Part shown: positions 56,541 to 64,000 of the stretch, in pieces
How positions within the stretch are numbered: position 1 is the stretch's first letter
Layout: each line of letters starts with the position of its first letter
Origin: Eledone cirrhosa
Taxonomy: Eukaryota
Length of the DNA stretch: 64,000 nt
NCBI GenBank assembly: GCA_964016885.1
Contig: OZ024744.1
Coordinates: 19,840,001-19,904,000, forward strand
Reading direction: 5' to 3'
Notes under the pieces: generated by a model
Database searches by the model: none
Seen by the model: the letters and a program-made list of their open reading frames with translations, nothing else
What the model was told of the DNA's origin: nothing
Position numbers and translations under genes: made by a program

Positions 56541-59418
56541 TCGGTTTCAACACACGATTTCAGATGAAGTATCTTGCTAAACAAATTCAGAAACGAAATA
56601 CTATTTGTAGTTATGTATATAGTATAAACACAAACACGAAGGTCAGTAATTTATTAATAACCTTATTACCAGTAAGAGAAATAACTCAATGTATGAACAT
56701 CAGTTGTTTTACAGAGCAGTTAAATAAATAAATTATACAATTATCAAAGTTGTGTTCAAATCATTTAATAGCTGACAATCGTTTCTTCCAAACTCTCGTT
56801 TGGGGTCATCAGAGCATTATCAATATTTCCACATATAATTCACCTCCTATTCAACAGAACAATAATATAGATACATATAAATTGATGTTGTGGGCAACAG
56901 TTTCGTATTTACAGGGTAGGATGGATGTGACATATTTTACGAGAATTGTACCATAATTGTACAAGCATTCAAGTTCAAATTAAAATTAAAATCGAAATTA
57001 AATCAAAATCAAAAGCACGGGGTGGAATACATGCTACAGTTAAACAAGGGAACAGTCCAAATATTAAAGAGGCATTGAGGAAGCAGTTTTGAGAAAGGAA
57101 GTGTGCGATAACAATTTCATATGCAGGCGTGTGGATATTGTGACTGCGTAGGTCATATACATGAGAAGGAGACAAGCAAAGTTATTATGCATATATAGAA
57201 GAATAAATACTGCATTTAGAGCAATTGTGTTAATGTATTAGAGTCTATGGTGGGTGTTGGATGTTGATGGTGTTCGAATTAATGTGTGTTGAGAAACATA
57301 CAACTTTTGCAGACTTTTCCATGACATGTTGAAATAAACTTTAGTTGGTGGTTATAAAGAGTGTTTTAAGTTAGTTAGAGCAATGGATTGTAAATTAGTC
57401 TTAATGAATCTATATACATAGACTATATTTGATAAAACGTTAAATTTTCAATCGTTAATTTCCGGAAGTGAATAAGGGGAGATAATGTGTAAGGGGAGGT
57501 AACTAGCTAATTAAGTTCAGTTTAGTTATTAAAATTCTTTGTTCTAATATAATGTTATACCATTGGATCTCTGTTACTTAACCCTGTATATTTATGCCTG
57601 ATTTTACAATATAGTTTATTCTACTATCATACATTAAAGGTTTCTTAAGATTGTTATCTATTCATTACTGGACAAGGTATATTTCATGAAGGATCATACA
57701 GCTGTTAATATGCCATAATAGATCTGCTACATGTGCAATAACATCATCCCTAACGTAGAATGCTATCACATTTTATATTTAATTATAAGTGCTTATATTA
57801 TGTTGTGCAATTTACTCATTTACTTATACAACCATAAATGCACATATAGTCCATCATCATACATTTCATTAAATGTCTCTACATACCAAGTGCCAAATAT
57901 CCATTACTGTATATGATATAATTAATCTATTGTAGTTATATCACAAGGTGGTAACTCTGTGTCTAATTATAACTATTATTACAGAGCATAAGGTTATAGA
58001 TGAATAGGAGTTGTGTAGCGGAAACAGTTGGTCAAGGGGTTTGTGTTTGTGAATGCTGCTAAGTCCTAGATGTGCAGTGTTAATGGAGGTCCCCACCTCC
58101 ATTAACACTGACATTCAAATCTGACATTTTTGTGTACTAACAGCCAGGTTTAAAGTTATGGAACGAGTGTCGGTACCGGTGTTGGCACGAGGAAAATGTC
58201 TCTGACTTTCTATTAAGGAGCTCTAGTTTCGAAAAGACTATAGTATGGGTCTCCAGAAGGCAGAGATTACACAATTTATTCGGTGGTTTATACGATGGGG
58301 CCCTACCTACTACTTCCCATTGCAGTGTAAATGGTCTATTCCTAGTTTTCAGAGAGTGTATGTAGGTAGATAAAGAAGTGGAGCTGGCTATATTGTGTCT
58401 TTTGAAAGAGTAGAGGTGCGAGTTGTATCTCGTCTTGAAGTTGTTCGAAGTAGAACCTATATATGTTTTAGAAGAGTTGTTTGGTATCAGTCTTCTTAGA
58501 GTTTGGTATCAGTCTTCTTAGAGTTATAGTGGCTATTGCTTTTACTATCTTTCCTCGTAGCAATATTATGAGAATTAATGTTGTAACTATGTGATTTTAT
58601 AGGTAGGAATTCAATCTCATTCTTATGTCCGATTTAGCTAAGGCCTCATAGTATTGTGAATTATTGTTGAATATAGTTTCATTATATGATAGATTAGAGA
58701 TTCTATTAGATATTCCTTTGGTAATGGAGTTTAATATGGATTTAGGGTGGTTAGAGTTGGTGTTCACATAAATTAGTTTTTCGTTAGGTTTATGATAGGG
58801 TGTGTATACTCTAGAGTCATATGTCATGGAAAAGTCTACAAAAACTGTATGTTTCTCAACACACTTTAATTCGAACACCGTCAACATCCAACACCCACCA
58901 TAGACTCTAATACATTAACACAATTGCTCTAAATTCAGTATTTATTCTTCTATATATGCATAATAACTTTGCTTGTCTCCTTCTCATGTATATGACCTAC
59001 GCAGTCACAATATCCACACGCCTGCATATGAATTGTTATCGCACACTTCCTTTCGCAAAACTGCTTCCTCAATGCCTCTTTAATATTTGGACTGTTCCCT
59101 TGTTTAACTGTTGCATGTATTCCACCCCGTGCTTTTGATTTTGATTTAATTTCGATTTTAATTTTAATTTGAACTTGAATGCTTGTACAATTATGGTACA
59201 ATTCTCGTAAAATATATGTCGCATCCATACTACCCTGTAAATACGAAACTGTTGCTCACAACATCAATTTATATGTATCTATATTATTGTTCTGTTGAAT
59301 AGGAGGTGAATTATATGTGGAAATATTGATAATGCTCCGATGACCCCAAACGAGAGTTTGGAAGAAACGATTGTCAGCTATTAAATGATTTGAACACAAC
59401 TTTGATAACTGTATAATT

Positions 59419-59420
<2 letters not shown>
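56541..59420 (-). mobile_element. 5'-truncated Nematis-type PLE with ~600-bp inverted repeat
   Basis: Minus-strand remnant YTPYHKPNEKLIYVNTNSNHPKSI..RISNLS and a YIGSTSNNFKTRY-like endonuclease fragment (~58.4 kb). 56729-57327 is inverted at 58821-59420. Confidence 0.82.
56770..56816 (-). ncRNA. Hammerhead motif, partly degenerate (mutated mirror copy ~59333-59379, + strand)
   Basis: GCT-CTGATGA-CCCCAAAC-GAGA-GTTTGGAA-GAAAC-GATT-GTC-AGC; the base of stem II is mismatched. Confidence 0.65.
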
Positions 59421-59457
<37 letters not shown>

Positions 59458-59459
<2 letters not shown>

Positions 59460-59654
59460 CGAAGGAAATTTTGTAAGGAACCAGGTGGACCATAACGCAC
59501 CAAAGTACTCAATACTTAGGGTAGTAGAGTGGGTAATAGGAACAAGTAAGACCCCGACGGCTGAGCTCAAGCCATTTCGACGGCTAATTCTGGACTGTCT
59601 TAGAATTAGCCTTCGAAACGGCTTGAGCTCAGCCGTCGGGGTCTTACTTGTTCC
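59458..59654 (-). mobile_element. Mini hairpin element H3
   Basis: Homologous to H1; hairpin 59536-59657 with a ~10-nt loop; flanked by (TA)n. Confidence 0.85.
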
Positions 59655-59664
59655 TATATATATA

Positions 59665-60475
59665 TATATAAATGGCAATTTCTGTCTGTTTGTGTGTTTG
59701 TTTGTGAACCTAAAACTCAAAAAACTATCAAACCGATCTTGATGAAACTTGACACCTGTGTGGGGGCTCATATCCATTTGATTTCTTACGTATATTTTAT
59801 TTTAATCGAAGGGTTCCATGGGGGCTCAAACCCCCGCTGAAAATGTTTTCCCTTGAAATTTAAACCATATGAAATTTAAACCATAGGTAACTGACAAGAT
59901 ATGATGCCTATTCACAAAATGTCTGCAGATTTTAATATGAAGACACCCTATCTATTTACATAAATGTCAATTTCTGTTTGTTTGTAAATTTGTTTGTGAA
60001 ATTAAAAGTCAAAAACTACCAAACCGATCCTGATGAAACTTTGCCCGTGTGTGGGGTTCATGTCTATTTGATTTCTTACGTACTTTGAAGTTAAAGAAAA
60101 TCGATAATTTCCAGTCTGCATCGATTTTTTTAAAATGAATAGGAAATTTGTATGCAAATGCTCATATGAATGTTTTCTGCCATAACTTTTAAAGCTCTCA
60201 ACAGATTTCCTTCAAACTTGAAACACAGATAGATTATGTGCTAAGGATGGCTTTTTGTTAAATAATATTATCCAGATCACTTGAGCAAAGCATAAGCTGG
60301 TTTTTGATTAACCGATGAGCGTAATTTGGCTTCAGCTGGTGTGGGCTTAAAATGTTCTCCATAACTTAATATATTCTACTTGCTGTAACATTTATTTTTG
60401 GTCTGAGAGGCATTGGGCATTTTAATGGGAACTGAGAATACCCCCGCTCCCGGGTATTACCGAGTACCTCAGCTA

Positions 60476-60476
<1 letters not shown>
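59665..60476 (+). mobile_element. Non-autonomous Helitron-like element
   Basis: Ends in CTAG|T after a GC-rich imperfect hairpin (CCCGGGTATTACCGAG). Internal ~130-bp subrepeats (~59670-59795, ~59960-60085) carry TGTTTGTTTG and AACCGATC.TGATGAAACTT motifs. Confidence 0.65.
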
Positions 60477-60548
<72 letters not shown>

Positions 60549-60876
60549 AAGAGCCATATATCGTACAAGAAATACAGTATATATATACCAAATACATATT
60601 CTATAGAAGAATATGTACACGGGTGGAATCATAAGAGAAACCTTATAGCGCTATTTAATAACTGGAAAGTATGGCTAGAAATTAATCTATGTTCATCGAA
60701 AAAATCAGTCAATATAATCAGTCAATATAATTAGTCATCGAAAACAAACTATCGATTAACCTCTGAAGAATACGTGTACTTGTGTCTTATGTGGATTAAT
60801 TATAATCGATAGTTTGTATACCTGGTTTTGTTTCCATATGTAGTTCTCTCATTATTATGTCTTCAAGGCCAGCATT

Positions 60877-61003
60877 ACTGGTACTTTATTTTATCCGTAA
60901 GTATGAAAGGCAAAGCTAACCTCGGCGTGATTTGAACTCAGACCATAAAGGGCCATAACTCTAATATACAAAGCATGGTGTCTGACGCTCTACCGATACT
61001 GCT
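60877..61003 (-). mobile_element. tRNA-derived SINE (minus strand, degenerate)
   Basis: ACTGGTACTTTATTTTATC..ATGAAAGGCAAAG.TAACCTCGGCG.GATTTGAACTCAGA, same family as 36817-36929. Confidence 0.8.
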
Positions 61004-61014
61004 GGTGGATTGTT

Positions 61015-61222
61015 AGTATTGCTACAGAATCGGACACCATGATTTGCAACAAAGAGTTACGGCCCTGCCCTTTACGATCTGAGTTCAAATCCTGCCGAAG
61101 TTAACTTTGCTTTCATCCTTAAGGGGTCGATAAAATAAAGTACCAGTCACGCACTGGGATCAATTTAATCGACTTTCCCTTCCCCCAAAATTGCTGGCCT
61201 TGTGCTAATATAAGAAACCATT
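61015..61222 (+). mobile_element. tRNA-derived SINE (plus strand)
   Basis: B box GAGTTCAAATCC at 61081-61092, followed by the family core GTCGATAAAATAAAGTACCAGT and a tail GGCCTTGTGC..AGAAA. Confidence 0.82.
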
Positions 61223-61364
61223 AATACGTCTTAATTCGCGCGTATAAATGTATGGTGTAAGTTTAACTTTATCATATCATAAACTATATATTTATGTGTG
61301 TGTGTGTGTGTGTGTTTTTGTGTGTGTATGTGTGTGTGTATATGTATGTGTGTACGTATGTATA

Positions 61365-61461
<97 letters not shown>

Positions 61462-62258
61462 GCGTGTGCGTGTGCGATCGCTGTTGACACAAGTAGTATT
61501 ACTACATTTTGTACCTCCAAGACAGCATTATATGCCACTGACACCCACTCACTCTGCTTGAAATAATAACTAAATCCCCTCCACTCACGCTGTAATCTTC
61601 GATGATAAATTCATTGCAGAATTTTGTCCGCGTGTATTTATTATTGTACAAAAGTGCTTATATAAAAACAAAACACAATTAATGGGAATAGAAAATAACG
61701 TAAAAAAAGGAAATGAAAAGAAGAAAAAGAAAAAAGAATCAAGCAACGAAATAAAGGACGAGTGTGTGTGTGTGGGGTGTGTGTGTGTGTGTGTGGGGTG
61801 TGTGTGGGGGGGGGGGGGGTTTAGATGCTACATCCCTGTCAGAGTGGTGTTTTAGCTTTGAAGGTATTACCTAAGACAATGGCCAGAGACACCCGCTACA
61901 ACAGCCACCCCACCTTACGGGAGCTCAGTGAACGGCAACTCTTCCAATTTTAAAGGAAATCAGCAGTGCGGGGACGAAAAGCATAGTTTAGTGAATGCTA
62001 GGACGCTCTTTATCATTGGTCTTAATGTTGATGACTGTCTCAAATCTGAACAACAACAACATGTGTACCCACAAGAAGCTAAATCTTTCAAATAGCTGCC
62101 TTTCATTTTCTTCAGAAAATTATAAACTCACACACTGCTCACATATATTGAGTGCTTATTCGAATGGTTTACGTACACTAGTATAATTAAACACGTGTAT
62201 ACGCACGTGCGAGTGTCTGTGTGTGCCCAAATATTCACCTATTACATGTATGCATTTA

Positions 62259-62335
<77 letters not shown>

Positions 62336-62358
62336 GTGTACATATATATGTGTGTGTA

Positions 62359-62389
<31 letters not shown>

Positions 62390-62807
62390 GTGTACATATA
62401 TATATATATATATATACATACGTATTGGACACATGCACACACACACATATGTATACTTATATATACACATACGCATACGCACACAAACGCACACGCACAC
62501 AAACGCACACACACACACATAACCTTTTAAGGAAACTTGATTCATTAAGACCACTTGAGCTTCAGCAATCCGTTGAGAATAGAAAAGCTCTATCGACCGG
62601 AAGTGACCAAATGACCAAATCACCAGATGACCAAATACATAACTTGATGACCTGTTGTTGTCTTAAGGGATGGGTGTGTGTTGTAGAGTGGGGGTTGAGG
62701 GTGGTGTTAGGTGGGGTTAGGTGTGGTTCGGTGGGTGAAGCGGAATATCTTAAATTATTTATCCAATTGATTTGATTTTCAGAAGTGGATATTAAGTAGT
62801 TGTCACG

Positions 62808-64000
62808 GAGGTGGTGTTGGTGGTGGTGGTGTTAGTATTGGTGGTGATGGTAGTGGTGGTGTTAGTGGTGGTGGTACTGGAAGTGGTTGTGGTGGTGGTG
62901 GTGGTAGTATTGGTGGTGATGGTAGTGGTGCTGGTGGTGGTGGTGTTAGTATTGGTGATGATGGTAGTCGTGGTGTTGGTGGTATTGGTAGTCGTGGTGG
63001 TGGTAGTGGTAGTGGTGTTGCTGGTGGTGGTAGTGGTGGTGGGGATGGTAGTGGTGGTGGTGGTGGGGATGGTAGTGGTGGTGGTGGTGGGGGTAGTGGT
63101 GAGGGGGGGATGGTAGTGGTGGTGGTGGTGGGGGTAGTGGTGGGGGGGATGGTAGTGGTGGTGGTGGTGGTAGTGGTGGTGGTAGTCGTGTATGGTAGTG
63201 GTGGTGGTGGTGGGGGCGGGGTGGGGATATTAGTGGTGGTGGTAGGGTGGTGGTGGTGGTGGTAGTGGTTGTGGTGGTCGTCGTCGTCGTGGTTGAGGTG
63301 GTAGAGCTGGTGGTAGTGGAGGTAATGGTGGTAGTGGTAGTGTTGCTGGTGGTAGTGGTGGTGGTGTGGGTGGTAGTGGTGGTGGTAGTGGTAGTGGTGG
63401 TGGTGGTTGTGGTAGTGGTGGTAATCGTGGTGGTTGTGGTGGTGGTAGAGGTGGTGGTGGTGGTAGTGGTGGTGGTGGTTGTGTTGGTGGTGTTGGTGGT
63501 GGTCCTGGTGGTGGTAGTGGTCGTGGTTGTGGTTGTGGTAGTGGTAGAGGGTGGGTGGTAATGGTTGATGTGGGGGTGGCAGTGGTGGTGGTAGTGGTCA
63601 TGGTAGTAGTGGTGGTGTTAGTGGAGGTGGTAGTGGTAGTGGTGGCGTTGTTAGTGGTGGTGGTGGTGGTGGTGGTGGAGGTGGAGGTGGTGGTGCTAGT
63701 ATTGGTGGTGATGGTAGTGGTGGTATTGGTGGTGTTGGTGGTAGTGGGGGTGGTGGTGGTAGTAGTGGTGGTAGTGTGGTGGTAGTGTGGTGGTAGTGGC
63801 AGTGGTGTTGGTGGTGGTCGTAGTGGTGGTGGTGGTAGTGGTGGGCGGTAGTGGTTGTGGGAGCGGGGTGGGGGTATTAGTGGTGGCGCTGGTGGTGGTA
63901 ATGGTGGTCGTGGTGGTGGTAAAGGTGTTGGTGGTGGTGGTAATGGTGGTGGTGGTACTGGTAGTGGTGTTGGTGGAAGTGGTCGTGGTAGTAGTGTTTG
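62808..64000 (+). repeat. Degenerate (GGT)n/(AGT)n low-complexity tract running off the window
   Basis: Directly visible; it produces the spurious poly-Val/Gly/Pro ORFs. Confidence 0.95.

Noticed and set aside
61081-61092. tRNA gene suggested by the B box
   Set aside because: No cloverleaf; the box is embedded in a SINE present three times in the window.
62808-64000. Gly-rich/Pro-rich/Val-rich ORFs resembling structural proteins
   Set aside because: All frames are open because of degenerate (GGT)n; no splice or codon evidence for a real exon.

Overview
AT-rich, microsatellite-laden eukaryotic (animal) DNA made almost entirely of transposable elements; I can support no host gene. The tRNA-type SINEs and the overall repeat landscape resemble what I recall from octopus genomes, but this is an inference only. 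Three zones. (1) 1-33.4 kb: a stack of ten non-LTR retrotransposons, each separated by a (TTA)n tract. Eight are R4/Dong-clade (RT + restriction-like endonuclease) copies from two families, all on the minus strand, two with open 1130-aa ORFs. They are bracketed by two plus-strand Tx1/L1-clade elements, one fully intact. (2) 33.4-59.7 kb: degraded Penelope-like elements (PLEs) with inverted pseudo-LTRs and hammerhead ribozymes, tiny hammerhead-derived hairpin elements in (TA)n tracts, a third Tx1-like element nested in a minisatellite inside a piggyBac-like MITE, and another MITE. (3) 59.7-64 kb: a non-autonomous Helitron-like element, SINEs, (TG)n/(TA)n and (GGT)n low-complexity DNA. The most notable observations are: a 5' splice-site consensus overlapping the ORF1 stop codon in the same phase in all three Tx1 elements, with acceptor-like sites in their 3' UTRs (possible 'ORF2-in-an-intron' design); an apparent ORF1/5'UTR swap between two Tx1 copies; opposite-strand sharing of the (TTA)n target by APE and RLE retrotransposons; and ~190-bp fold-back elements made from half a hammerhead ribozyme.
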